A stretch of 64,000 nucleotides of DNA, taken from a virus (Duplodnaviria > Caudoviricetes). This document shows, one piece after another, positions 33,345 through 43,052 of the stretch. Both the position numbers and the translations under genes were made by a program. The stretch is taken from positions 2,191 through 66,190 of IMG/VR virus record IMGVR_UViG_3300005444_000009. One strand, given 5' to 3'. How positions within the stretch are numbered: position 1 is the first letter of the stretch; each line of letters begins with the position of its first letter. The notes under the pieces were generated by a model, which did no database searches, had not been told where the DNA came from, and saw nothing but the letters and a program-made list of their open reading frames with translations.

Positions 33345-34192
33345 TCTACGACCTATCCGACATCACAATTTCTCTCGAGTCGCCGCTGAACGCGCTGCCC
33401 GTCGGCTGCGGACGTAACCTCAACCCGCGTATCGCCGCGGCGGAGGCTCTTCAGCTAATCGGCGGCTTCACCGAGCCTGAGTGGTTGTGCCGCATCGCGC
33501 CGCAATTCAGTAGATTTCGCGAGGATATCGTCATCGGAAGCAGCAAGTCGCCTTGGTTTCACGGCTCATACGGCATGAGAATCAGTACGAGTAACCAGCT
33601 CGAGGTTGCTTACCGACGCCTGTACTCGACTCCAGAGACTCGACAGGCGGTCGTGACGCTGTGGGACCCTAAGATGGACACCGAGGAGGATCACCTCGAC
33701 TACCCGTGCACCGTCGCGCTCAACTTTAGGTTGAGTGGCACGCACTATCGGCAGCACGATCGCCTCAACATGCAGGTACTGATGCGATCAAACGACGTGT
33801 GGCTCGGTCTTCCCTACGATCTGTTCCAGTTCACGCAACTTCAGTTGACGATGTGCAATGTACTTGGCGTTCAGCCCGGCACGTACACACACACAGCGTG
33901 GTCGATGCACCTCTACCTCACCGACCTCGAAAAGTCATATGACGTGACCGATACACTCAACACTCCTAAGCTAATGCCGCACGTTCGTGGCTTCGGCGGG
34001 CGTGGCGAACACTTCATTGAGGCACGTGATCGTGCACGTCACACAGCTCTTCGTGTTATAGAAGATCCGACCGAAAGTGAGAAGTGGTATCTTGACACCC
34101 TCAAGGACTTTCCCATTAATCCATCCTCGGTCGACGTGGCACCAGACCCGGATCGCGATGGCGCGGGAGCTGGCGAAGCGCAGTCTGTGTGA
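33242..34192 (+). CDS. Thymidylate-synthase-fold enzyme, probable dCMP hydroxymethylase
   Basis: YPCT catalytic Cys; MRSNDVWLGLPYD has Asp at the specificity position. Confidence 0.8.
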   Translation: MARLIEGRYGCDIYGEVIETVRRFGRRQDSRNGVVYDLSDITISLESPLNALPVGCGRNLNPRIAAAEALQLIGGFTEPEWLCRIAPQFSRFREDIVIGSSKSPWFHGSYGMRISTSNQLEVAYRRLYSTPETRQAVVTLWDPKMDTEEDHLDYPCTVALNFRLSGTHYRQHDRLNMQVLMRSNDVWLGLPYDLFQFTQLQLTMCNVLGVQPGTYTHTAWSMHLYLTDLEKSYDVTDTLNTPKLMPHVRGFGGRGEHFIEARDRARHTALRVIEDPTESEKWYLDTLKDFPINPSSVDVAPDPDRDGAGAGEAQSV

Positions 34193-34631
34193 CCGCGACC
34201 AGGTCGGCTGCATCATTACCGACGCCAACAACAAGGTCATCGGCGAGGGCTACAACGGTCCGCCGCGCGGCTTCTGGCACGGCAACGCGTCGTGCTCAAG
34301 CTGGTGTCAACGCACCGTGAACGCGATGATCGACTCGGATCAGGGGATGTACGCCGACTACTCGGACTGCCCCGCGCTCCACGCGGAGGCCAACGCCTTG
34401 ATGATGTCGGATCGAACGCTACGTGCCGGCGGTACGATCTACGTCACCAGTAACGTCTGCATCGGCTGCGCGAAGCTCATCGCCAACTCAGGTCTTGCGT
34501 CTGTAGTCGTCGAAACCGAGTCGGCCGCGGAGCACCGCAACCCCAGTAAGTCATACGAGTTCTTAGTTGGCTGCGGACTCAACGTGCGCGTTAACTCCGT
34601 GGACTTAAGTAGGAAGGCAACACAGGAGTGA
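34077..34631 (+). CDS. dCMP deaminase
   Basis: RSLCDRDQVGC, GYNGPPRG, LHAEANAL, CIGCAKLI. Confidence 0.9.
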   Translation: MRSGILTPSRTFPLIHPRSTWHQTRIAMARELAKRSLCDRDQVGCIITDANNKVIGEGYNGPPRGFWHGNASCSSWCQRTVNAMIDSDQGMYADYSDCPALHAEANALMMSDRTLRAGGTIYVTSNVCIGCAKLIANSGLASVVVETESAAEHRNPSKSYEFLVGCGLNVRVNSVDLSRKATQE

Positions 34632-36406
34632 GCGTACTTAGCAGCTGTAAACTGCACCTCATCGAGTCGTTCGACGAGGCGCAGGCGTTCATGGACTGGT
34701 TTGGCAACCTCGACGCCGAGGCCGCGGTCGGGGTCGACACGGAGACCACCGGCTTTAAGTGGCACGGCAGTGATCACGTACGCATGGTGCAGGTCGGCGA
34801 CGGTATACACGGCTGGGCGATGCAGTGGGACCGCTGGTCGGGTCTGTTCGCCGCGGCCATGAAGCTGCACGAGGGTCCGATCGACATGATGAACGCTAAG
34901 TTCGACTACCCATTCCTGCGTAAGGGTGGAGTTCTTTTGCCCAAGTCGCAGATTCGCGACGTCGGCGTCATGGCGCACATCCTCGAGCCGCACATGTCAC
35001 GCGCGCTTAAGAACCAGGCGAAGCGGCACATCGACCCGCAGGCGAACGCGCTGCAGTGGCGACTCGACGAGGCCATCGGCGCGCACGGCGGCTGGAGTTG
35101 GGCCACCGTGCCGTGCGACTTCGAGCCGTACTGGTCATACGCCGCCCTCGACCCGGTGCTCACGTACCTCCTCAGCGAGCATCACCTGCCGACGATCCAG
35201 GAGCAGGCGCCCTACGCCTACGAGCTGGAGAACGCCTTCCAGTGGGTCGCCCTCAACATGGAGACGCTCGGCGTGCCGGTCGACGTCGAGTACGCACAGC
35301 TTCACTACGATAAGTTCATGCGCTACTGCGAGGAGGTCGAGGACTGGTGTAAGCGCGAGTACGGCATCAAGCCGGGCAGTAACGCGGCGGTGATAGAGGT
35401 GCTGTCGCGTGCTGGATTCGTGTTCTCGAAGGCTACGGCGTCCGGCGCAGTTTCGCTGGACAAGGAGGTCCTGGGGGGCATTGAACACCCGCTCGCGAAG
35501 GCCGTCCTCCAGCGTCGACAGCTCCAGAAGATCGCGTCGACTTACCTGCGGTTCTACGTCGAGCACGTCGACTCCGACGGCCGGATTCACCCGTCGATCA
35601 ACACGCTCGGCGCTCGCACGAGTCGGATGTCGATGTCCGAGCCCAACTTCCAGAACCTGCCTGTGCGTGGTGGCAACCCAGGTATTAAGGTCGTCCGCAA
35701 CTGCGTGCGCTCACGTGACGGCTACACGCTTGTGTTCGCCGACTTCGACCAGATCGAGATGCGCGGCCTCGCTATCATGTCGCAGGACCCGGGTCTCATC
35801 GCGGCGTTCAACCTGCCCGATGACTTCTTCGTCACCATCGCTCGCAACCTGTACGGCGACACGACGCTGGAGAAGTCCGACCCGCGGCGGCAGCCGACTA
35901 AGAACGGTATGTACGCGAAGATCTACGGTGCGGGCATTCAGAAGCAGGCGGTGACCGCGGGCGTCTCCTATGACGTCATGCGCTTCATCAACGACTCGCT
36001 GAACCTAGCCTACCCAGGCGTCGAGCGCTTCGCCAGCTACACGCTCGCCGAGGCGCTGAGCCGCGCCAGCGGCGACAGCCTCGGGTACACGACGTGTCCC
36101 CTGACCGGCCGCAGGCACTACGCGGAGCGTGGCAAGGAGTACGCGCTGGTGAACTACAAGATTCAGGGGTGGGCCGCCGCGCTGTTCAAGCAGAAGCTCC
36201 TCGAGGCGGACGCCGCGGGTCTTGACCCATACATGATCATTCCGGTTCACGACGAGATCATTCTCGAGGTACCGGACGAGGACGTTCGGGACGTCGTTCA
36301 CACACTCCACAAGGTCATGAACGACGACAAGACGTACCCCGTGCCGATCTCTGCCAGCGTCGCCACGGGCAAGCGCTGGGGCGAGAAGAAGGAGTGGGAA
36401 GAGTGA
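34628..36406 (+). CDS. polA: DNA polymerase family A with 3'-5' exonuclease
   Basis: VDTETTG; ADFDQIEMR; motif B RQPTKNGMYAKIYG; motif C PVHDE. Confidence 0.95.
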   Translation: MSVLSSCKLHLIESFDEAQAFMDWFGNLDAEAAVGVDTETTGFKWHGSDHVRMVQVGDGIHGWAMQWDRWSGLFAAAMKLHEGPIDMMNAKFDYPFLRKGGVLLPKSQIRDVGVMAHILEPHMSRALKNQAKRHIDPQANALQWRLDEAIGAHGGWSWATVPCDFEPYWSYAALDPVLTYLLSEHHLPTIQEQAPYAYELENAFQWVALNMETLGVPVDVEYAQLHYDKFMRYCEEVEDWCKREYGIKPGSNAAVIEVLSRAGFVFSKATASGAVSLDKEVLGGIEHPLAKAVLQRRQLQKIASTYLRFYVEHVDSDGRIHPSINTLGARTSRMSMSEPNFQNLPVRGGNPGIKVVRNCVRSRDGYTLVFADFDQIEMRGLAIMSQDPGLIAAFNLPDDFFVTIARNLYGDTTLEKSDPRRQPTKNGMYAKIYGAGIQKQAVTAGVSYDVMRFINDSLNLAYPGVERFASYTLAEALSRASGDSLGYTTCPLTGRRHYAERGKEYALVNYKIQGWAAALFKQKLLEADAAGLDPYMIIPVHDEIILEVPDEDVRDVVHTLHKVMNDDKTYPVPISASVATGKRWGEKKEWEE

Positions 36407-36624
36407 GTAGTAGAGCTACGTGGGTTAACATCATTCAACGCGAGCTCGTCAAGCACAAGAACGTGATGGCAGTCGCCGTCACGCTGCGCTCTAGCGTTCG
36501 GTTCAGCGGCAAGGTAACTGACGCTCCTGAGACGTCGGTCCTTACGCTCTACCGCGCAGTCACCGGCATCGACCGAGCCACGTACGTCGACCTCGACGAA
36601 GTCGCTGCGATCGAGGTGCTCTAG
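36403..36624 (+). CDS. Small hypothetical protein
   Basis: GTGA overlap with polA stop. Confidence 0.55.
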   Translation: MSSRATWVNIIQRELVKHKNVMAVAVTLRSSVRFSGKVTDAPETSVLTLYRAVTGIDRATYVDLDEVAAIEVL

Positions 36625-36806
36625 TGGCTTCACTCTGGAAAGTCAGCCGCAGCGACAGCTACCTAGGACCGTTTGCTGAGCTAGCTGATGACGTAACAGG
36701 CGAGTACTCACTAACCGTGGCAGACGGCGCTGAGGGTGCACATATTACAGTAAGTCGTGAAGAACTGCTTGACCTAGCGTACAAGATCTATGAGGAACTT
36801 AGATGA
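36624..36806 (+). CDS. Small hypothetical protein
   Basis: Coupled to both neighbours. Confidence 0.55.
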   Translation: MASLWKVSRSDSYLGPFAELADDVTGEYSLTVADGAEGAHITVSREELLDLAYKIYEELR

Positions 36807-36955
36807 ATCTTAAGTACTGGTGGCGCATTATTACTCGTCGTGAGACCCCGATAGAGAAGGCGCGACGTGCGTCGCGCAGCGCACAGCGTATCAGCCGTCA
36901 GCTTGGGAAGCGACCCTTCAGCGATCAGGACACAAATGATCCTCATTGGCGTTGA
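36803..36955 (+). CDS. 50-aa basic microprotein
   Basis: Not in ORF track. ATGA overlap; MNLKYWWRIITRRETPIEKARR. Confidence 0.45.
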   Translation: MNLKYWWRIITRRETPIEKARRASRSAQRISRQLGKRPFSDQDTNDPHWR

Positions 36956-37385
36956 CCCAGGTAAAATCACGGGCATCGCCGTGTGGTGGTCACCCGACTT
37001 CTGGGAGGCAGAGAACGGTAAGAAACCCCTGGACACCGCAGAGGTTGAAGCTTCAGCAGTTGCACGTGTGCTGCGCCGCATGCTCGACGGCGAGCGGCCT
37101 ACACTTATGGCCGTGGAGCGATACGTCCAGGGACAGAAGAAGACGCACCAGCCCGAGGCGCATCAGGTCATCGGCGTCGTCCGGTCACTGGCCGATGAGC
37201 TCGTGGTCCGCTGCGTGTACCAGAACCCGGGCTCGGCGAAGAAGATCGGCACCACGGCGAGACTTAAGAAACTCGGCTATCACGTTCCCACCAAGGACAA
37301 CCACGCCAACTCAGCGACCGCGCACATGCTACTGCTGATGGCGACGTTCCACCCAACTGTGTATGCAGAACTCGTGGGAATTTGA
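36936..37385 (+). CDS. RuvC-like Holliday junction resolvase
   Basis: MILIGVDPGKITGIA, VERY, DNHANSA. Confidence 0.8.
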   Translation: MILIGVDPGKITGIAVWWSPDFWEAENGKKPLDTAEVEASAVARVLRRMLDGERPTLMAVERYVQGQKKTHQPEAHQVIGVVRSLADELVVRCVYQNPGSAKKIGTTARLKKLGYHVPTKDNHANSATAHMLLLMATFHPTVYAELVGI

Positions 37386-37416
37386 TAGAATCTTAGTGAC
37401 AAGTGAGGAGTGAGGT

Positions 37417-39258
37417 GTGCCACACGCTGACATTGTGAGTATGGAGTCGAGCAAGATAGTCGTACAGACTCACTGGAATGAACGTGAACTCGTTAAACAG
37501 ATACCTGGCGCGGGCTGGGACAACGACGCGAAGGTCTGGACGGTTCCGCTAACGTGGCCCGCTTGCATTCAGCTTCGCGGCATCTTCGGCCAGCAGCTGA
37601 CGATCGGGCAGCTTCTGCAGCACTGGGCCTACGTGGAGCGCGAACGCCGAGTCGATAAGGCCCTCGCGCTGCGCAACCTAACCGAGGCGCCGATGCCGCC
37701 GTCTGATGACCGACTTCGGCTGTTCCAGCGTGCAGGCGTCAACTTCATGTACGTTGGCGAGTCGATCGTGCTGGGCGACGACATGGGATCAGGTAAAACA
37801 ATTCAGGCCCTCGAGTTGCTTCGGTTCATCGAGTCCCTCGCTGAGGAGTCGCTGCCGGCTCTGGTCGTCTGCCCCAACTCGATGAAGTTTACGTGGGCAC
37901 TGGAGGCCGGAATCTGGTGTAAGGCGGCCAAGCCCTACGTCGTGGACGGCGGATTGGTGACTAGGCGGAAGATTCTCCAGGAAGCGCAGGCTGACCCCAA
38001 GGCGCTCATCATCATTAACTACGAGGGTCTTCGCAGCCACTCACGGCTCACGGGATTCGGCTCCGAGCGGCTGCGTCGCTGTGAGCCCTGCGGCGGTTCA
38101 GCGACCACGAAGTACACGGCGTGTGAGGTCCACAACAAGGAGCTCAACGTCATACCACTTAAGACGGTGATCCTCGACGAGGCGCACAAGATTAAGGATC
38201 CGCACGCGAAGCAGACCCGCGCCGCGTGGGCTGTCGGCCAGACCGACACGGTCACGCGACGCTACGCCCTCACCGGCACAGTCATCGCCAACGACCCGTC
38301 GGACGCCTGGTCCATCTTCCACTTCATCGCCCCGCGGGAGCATCCCACGAAGACGAAGTACGTCGACCGCTACTGCCTCCAGTCGTGGAACGCCTACGGC
38401 GGCCTCGATGTCAAAGGTCTCCACCCGGCAACGCGCGACGAGTTCTACCGGCTCATCGACCCGCGGTTTCGTCGGATGCCCAAAGCACTAGTGCTGGCGC
38501 AACTGCCGCCGAAGATTCACTCGGTACGACACGTCGAGCTGACGCCGAAGCAGCTTAAGGCCTACCGCGACATCGACGCGGAGCTCGTCACACGGCTGCC
38601 GGACGGCAGCATCATGGTGGCGGCCAACGACCTCGTGGCGCAGACCCGACTTCTCCAGTTCGCCAGCGCCACAATGGAGTCGACGCCCGATGGGTTCCGC
38701 ATGTGCGATCCGTCCAGTAAGGTCGACGCGCTGGTGGACATCCTCGAGGAGCGTGACGGTAAGCCAACGCTCGTATCTGCGATGCACGTGCAGCTCATCA
38801 ACCTCGCGGCTTCGCGGCTGACGAAGCTTAAGATTCCGTACGGTCTCATCACCGGGCAGCAGCAGAACTTCGAGCGTGAGGTCGCGCTTCGAGCCTTCCA
38901 GGACGGTAAGCTTCCCGTTCTTATGTTCACGCTCGCTGCCGGCGGCAGCGGCCTGACGATGACGGCGGCCGACACGCAGGTTCGACTCCAGCGATCGTGG
39001 TCACTCATCGACAACCTACAGGGTGCCGATCGTAACCACCGCATCGGGTCGGAGATCCACGAGTCGATCCACTACATCGACGTCGTTGCACAGGACACGG
39101 TGGAGGAGGACCAGGTCGAGCGGCTGTGGGAGAAGGCCGAGCGGCTTGAGGAGATCAACCGAGACCGCGCGCGGCTGCAGCTCGACCGACAGTCAACCGA
39201 CGAGCTCGACGTCGAGGCGGCACGCATCGAGAGCATGCCTATGATGGAGGCACTGTGA
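37417..39258 (+). CDS. SNF2-family helicase
   Basis: GDDMGSGKT, LDEAH, LTGT, QGADRNHRIG. Confidence 0.92.
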   Translation: MPHADIVSMESSKIVVQTHWNERELVKQIPGAGWDNDAKVWTVPLTWPACIQLRGIFGQQLTIGQLLQHWAYVERERRVDKALALRNLTEAPMPPSDDRLRLFQRAGVNFMYVGESIVLGDDMGSGKTIQALELLRFIESLAEESLPALVVCPNSMKFTWALEAGIWCKAAKPYVVDGGLVTRRKILQEAQADPKALIIINYEGLRSHSRLTGFGSERLRRCEPCGGSATTKYTACEVHNKELNVIPLKTVILDEAHKIKDPHAKQTRAAWAVGQTDTVTRRYALTGTVIANDPSDAWSIFHFIAPREHPTKTKYVDRYCLQSWNAYGGLDVKGLHPATRDEFYRLIDPRFRRMPKALVLAQLPPKIHSVRHVELTPKQLKAYRDIDAELVTRLPDGSIMVAANDLVAQTRLLQFASATMESTPDGFRMCDPSSKVDALVDILEERDGKPTLVSAMHVQLINLAASRLTKLKIPYGLITGQQQNFEREVALRAFQDGKLPVLMFTLAAGGSGLTMTAADTQVRLQRSWSLIDNLQGADRNHRIGSEIHESIHYIDVVAQDTVEEDQVERLWEKAERLEEINRDRARLQLDRQSTDELDVEAARIESMPMMEAL

Positions 39259-40250
39259 CTGTAGTGGATGGAGTTCGCCTCCTCTCCAACTCCGAGGTGC
39301 AGACGTTCAAGGACTGTCCGCGTAAGTGGTGGCTCGCCTGGCACCGCGGCCTGAAGCCTAAGCGTCGGTCTGTGATCGGACCGCGCTCCACGGGGCAGCG
39401 TGAGCACGCTGCGCTAGCGGCGCTGTACACGCCGGGTGGGGTGCCCCAGGACGCCTGGCGCGTCCTCAGTGAGGTGCACACCGAGGATGAGCAGCGCCTG
39501 AATGAGTACGTCGCGGCGCTCGAGTTCGGCGAGAACCCGGGAGGTGGCGCCGACGAGCTTCGCAGGAAGCTCGTCAGCGACTTTGACCTAGAGCGCGCCA
39601 TGCTCGAGGGCTACCTCGAGTGGCTCGTCGAGACCGGCGTCGACTCACAGCTCGAGGTCATCTCCGCAGAGCAGCGGGTGGAGGTACCGTTCACGACGCT
39701 CAACGGGCAGCAAGTCAACCTCATCGCGAAGATCGACGCTCGCGTGCGCAACCTACTGACCGGCGGCCTCAAGTTCATTGATCACAAGACCGTCGGGTCG
39801 CTACTCGACCCGGTTCTCGGACTCAACCAGCAGATGCTCCACTATCACGTCATCGAGGATCTACTGACGCAACCTAGGCAGCCGCGCTGCGAGGGCGCGC
39901 TATACAACATGCTTCGTAAGGTTAAGCGCACCCGCGCCTCGAAGCCGCCGTACTTCGGCCGGACGCCGATTGATCACAACAGGCACGAGCTGAGCGCCTA
40001 TAGGCTGCAGCTTCTCGGCGTCATTGACAAGATTACATTAGCTGAGCAGTTCCTCAACTCCGCGGTGCCTCACCAGCGTGCGGTGCCTGCTCGGCCGTCG
40101 CGCGACTGCTCGTGGAAGTGCGACTTCTTTAAGATCTGCCGCATGTTCGACGACGGCTCTCGCGTCGAGGCCGCGATCGAGGATCACTACGTTGCTGGCA
40201 ATCCGCTGGCGTACTACGACGACAGGGAGACGGATGAATCGAGTAGTTGA
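39255..40250 (+). CDS. Cas4/RecB-like PD-(D/E)xK exonuclease
   Basis: FKDCPRKW, KIDA...IDHKT, CSWKCDFFKIC. Confidence 0.85.
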   Translation: MTVVDGVRLLSNSEVQTFKDCPRKWWLAWHRGLKPKRRSVIGPRSTGQREHAALAALYTPGGVPQDAWRVLSEVHTEDEQRLNEYVAALEFGENPGGGADELRRKLVSDFDLERAMLEGYLEWLVETGVDSQLEVISAEQRVEVPFTTLNGQQVNLIAKIDARVRNLLTGGLKFIDHKTVGSLLDPVLGLNQQMLHYHVIEDLLTQPRQPRCEGALYNMLRKVKRTRASKPPYFGRTPIDHNRHELSAYRLQLLGVIDKITLAEQFLNSAVPHQRAVPARPSRDCSWKCDFFKICRMFDDGSRVEAAIEDHYVAGNPLAYYDDRETDESSS

Positions 40251-41016
40251 CACGGACAACGTCGCGTCATTCCTCATCTTCTCCAACTCGAAGGAGGGTA
40301 AGTCGACGCTGGCCAGCACGGCGCCGCTACCGCTTCTCGTGCTGGACGCGGAGGGAAGTTGGAAGTTCATCGATGAGGTCGGCTACAAGTCTGGGGTGCC
40401 GCTGCGTAAGAAGGCGTGGAACCCGATGCTCGAGCCGATCCCGCGGTACGACGGCACGTGGGACGTCGTGCGCGTTCACGTCGACTCGTGGCAGACCATG
40501 CAGCAGGTCTACCGTCACCTCACGCAGGTGGAGCACGACTTCGTCACCATCGTGCTGGACTCGGTAACCGAGCTCCAGCGGCGCTGCAAGGCGAACATCC
40601 GCACCACCAGTCCGCAGATGGACCAGCAGCGCTGGGGTCAGCTGCTGGACGAGATGGACGGCGTCATCCGCGGGTTCCGCGACCTGACGCTGCTCAGCAA
40701 CACGATTCGCTGCGTCGTCTTCGTGTCAGAGATGGCTATGAAGGACGGCCAGTTCCGGCCCTACATGCAGGGTCAGATTCGTGACACCATGCCGTACTGG
40801 GTCGACGCCTGCGGCTGCCTCTTCACCGAGCTCCGCCCGAACGGCGACCAGCAGGTTAAGGTGAAGAGGCTGCTCATCGGCGCCGGCGTCAGCGCGGCGC
40901 ACGTTGTCGGCGAACGCTTCCAGGGGCGGCTGCCCGACATCGTGGACAACCCGAACATCACCGAAATGATGAACGCAATCTATCCAGGCACGAACGGTAG
41001 CAAGGAGAGCAAGTGA
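40234..41016 (+). CDS. Sak4-like AAA ATPase / ssDNA-annealing protein
   Basis: Start reassigned to ATG 40234; SKEGKST, LDAEG, IVLDSVTELQ. Confidence 0.8.
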   Translation: MNRVVDTDNVASFLIFSNSKEGKSTLASTAPLPLLVLDAEGSWKFIDEVGYKSGVPLRKKAWNPMLEPIPRYDGTWDVVRVHVDSWQTMQQVYRHLTQVEHDFVTIVLDSVTELQRRCKANIRTTSPQMDQQRWGQLLDEMDGVIRGFRDLTLLSNTIRCVVFVSEMAMKDGQFRPYMQGQIRDTMPYWVDACGCLFTELRPNGDQQVKVKRLLIGAGVSAAHVVGERFQGRLPDIVDNPNITEMMNAIYPGTNGSKESK

Positions 41017-41627
41017 GCGAAATCGACTGGGCATCACTACACAAGGACGCGACAACCACGCTGACCGGCGACTTTCCCGTCGTCATCGTGGAGGCCACCG
41101 CGCAGAAGACCAGTAACGGCGACAAGGACATGATCAAGTACAAGGCCAAGGTCGAGTCCGGCCAGTACGCGGGTCGACCGCTGTGGGGTAACTTCACCAT
41201 CTCCCCCGAATCCCCGGGAGCCATGCGGATCCTGTTCTCGCACTGGGCCGCGCTCGGCATCGACGGCGCCTTCTTCCAGGCCAACCCGCAGGCCCCCGTG
41301 GCCGTGATCGCGCAGGCGCTGGTGGGTCGCAAGGCAATCGTCACCATCGGCACGCGCCAGTGGAACGGCGCCGACCGCGAGGAGATTCAGGCGTGGAAGC
41401 CGCCGGCGATCGGTCAAGCTGCAGGTGTCATTGGTGGTCTGCCGGGGCTTCCCAGCGGTATTCCCAACGCGGGCGGTAATCTCGGCTTGCCGATCGCTAC
41501 GCCGCCCGCAGCCACCGGTAAAGGCGTGCCTCCGATGCGCATGGCCTCCGTTCCGGAGGCCGGCGCCGTCGCCACCGAGCCGGCGGTCGCCGAGAACGGT
41601 GAGGCTCCGCCCCAGCTTCCGTTCTAG
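41013..41627 (+). CDS. ssDNA-binding protein (DUF669-like)
   Basis: OB-fold-like pattern after the AAA gene; flexible tail ending PPQLPF. Confidence 0.7.
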   Translation: MSEIDWASLHKDATTTLTGDFPVVIVEATAQKTSNGDKDMIKYKAKVESGQYAGRPLWGNFTISPESPGAMRILFSHWAALGIDGAFFQANPQAPVAVIAQALVGRKAIVTIGTRQWNGADREEIQAWKPPAIGQAAGVIGGLPGLPSGIPNAGGNLGLPIATPPAATGKGVPPMRMASVPEAGAVATEPAVAENGEAPPQLPF

Positions 41628-41655
41628 GAAGTACAACTAACGACGATCATATGGT

Positions 41656-41686
41656 AGAGTGGTGGATGTGAGACATCCACCACTCT
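41656..41686 (+). promoter_or_regulatory. 14-bp inverted repeat overlapping a possible extended -10
   Basis: AGAGTGGTGGATGT-GAG-ACATCCACCACTCT, just upstream of the DNA glycosyltransferase operon. Confidence 0.5.
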
Positions 41687-41708
41687 CATCCTAAGTGAGG
41701 AGTGAACT

Positions 41709-43052
41709 TTGAGAAAGCGAGTCGGCTACGCGAAGCTCGGCCGGTCGATGCCCCTAGCGCTCGAGAACTGCGGCAGCCTCGGCGGCGACGTCGAGATGGT
41801 GCCCACACTGAAGCTGCTGGCGGAGCGTCACCCAGACGTGGACTTCATCCTGATCGGCCGGAACTCGGGTGAGCTGCCCGAGGACGTCGGTCTGCCGAGC
41901 AACGTGCTCAACCCGTGGCGAGTCTGGAAGCCGATCATTCGGCGTGAGCTTCAACGTGCGGGCCTGAACTACTCGAACCTGACGATCCCCGACCACCGTG
42001 AGGTTACCGCGCTGATTCACAAGTACACCTGGGAGGAGTTCAGCCTCCTCGATGAAATGATCATGTGGCTTGGCCAACACGGCACCACGAACACACCTCT
42101 GCCGTCCGTCAGCGATCGTCAAAAGCTCACCAAGCCCTACGACTGGGCGACGCTGTATGGCTCGTACCTGCTGCAGGGAATCAACGCCTGGCGCGACGTC
42201 GACCCACTTAACCGCGAGGAAGTGCTGCTCAACGCGGACGTTCGCAACTACGTCAAGTACCGCGACAGTAAGTGGCCGTGGCAGCATCCTGTACTGGCAC
42301 AGTACACGTACACAAACAATGTGAAGCACGAGAGGTACGGCGCCGACACAGACATGTTCCTAGAGTTCTCACAGCGCCCAGTGTCAGACAGTGTGAACTG
42401 GATCGAGAACGGCGCGATCTGGACGTCGCGAGTCCAGAACGTCTACTCACGCCTAGAGATCTCGTCGCTGATTCCCGGCACGCCGTTCGGCGACACGATC
42501 AAGTTCAACGGCGACTTCAACCGGCCGCACGACTTCGGCATCGTCGTCAACGAAACGCGGCGTGAGGTCAGCGAGGCGAAGGCACGCCGCACGGTGCTGC
42601 GCGACTGGGTGCTGCCGATTGACAACATTGGGTTCATTCACGGTAAGTGGTCGCAGCGCTCGCTGGACGAGCTAGGCGTCGACATCAATCCGGTGCCGCA
42701 GCTCGAGTACATCCCGAAGCTGCAGACCGCGCGGTGCACCTTCACGACACCGGCCAGCGGCTCGGGCTGGGCGACCGCGAAGCCGTGGGAGGCGTTCGCC
42801 GCGGGAGTGGTGTGCTTCTTCCACCCAGACTACGATGACCAGAACAACATCCTCGGTGACATGCGCAACCGGGAGGTCGCCGACTGGCTTCGCTGCGAGA
42901 GTCCGCAGCAGCTCGCGGATCGAATCAGGTACACGTGCTACAACCGTGAGGTCTGGGAGTGGCTCGTCGACGAGCAGCGTGAGCACTTCAACAAGGCGGT
43001 CGAAGAGAAGACGTACCTTAAGATGATCGAGGAGAGGTTAGACCTGCCGTGA
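41709..43052 (+). CDS. T4 beta-glucosyltransferase-like DNA glycosyltransferase (GT-B)
   Basis: C-terminal KPWEAFAAGVVCFFHPDYDDQNNIL...LADRI...EQREHFNK parallels T4 BGT as recalled. Confidence 0.7.
   Translation: MRKRVGYAKLGRSMPLALENCGSLGGDVEMVPTLKLLAERHPDVDFILIGRNSGELPEDVGLPSNVLNPWRVWKPIIRRELQRAGLNYSNLTIPDHREVTALIHKYTWEEFSLLDEMIMWLGQHGTTNTPLPSVSDRQKLTKPYDWATLYGSYLLQGINAWRDVDPLNREEVLLNADVRNYVKYRDSKWPWQHPVLAQYTYTNNVKHERYGADTDMFLEFSQRPVSDSVNWIENGAIWTSRVQNVYSRLEISSLIPGTPFGDTIKFNGDFNRPHDFGIVVNETRREVSEAKARRTVLRDWVLPIDNIGFIHGKWSQRSLDELGVDINPVPQLEYIPKLQTARCTFTTPASGSGWATAKPWEAFAAGVVCFFHPDYDDQNNILGDMRNREVADWLRCESPQQLADRIRYTCYNREVWEWLVDEQREHFNKAVEEKTYLKMIEERLDLP

Noticed and set aside
33242-34192. Canonical thymidylate synthase thyA
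   Set aside because: Asp rather than Asn at the specificity position
34628-36406. Intein or intron in PolA, TerL or primase-helicase
   Set aside because: Lengths are normal, with no splice-junction or homing endonuclease motifs
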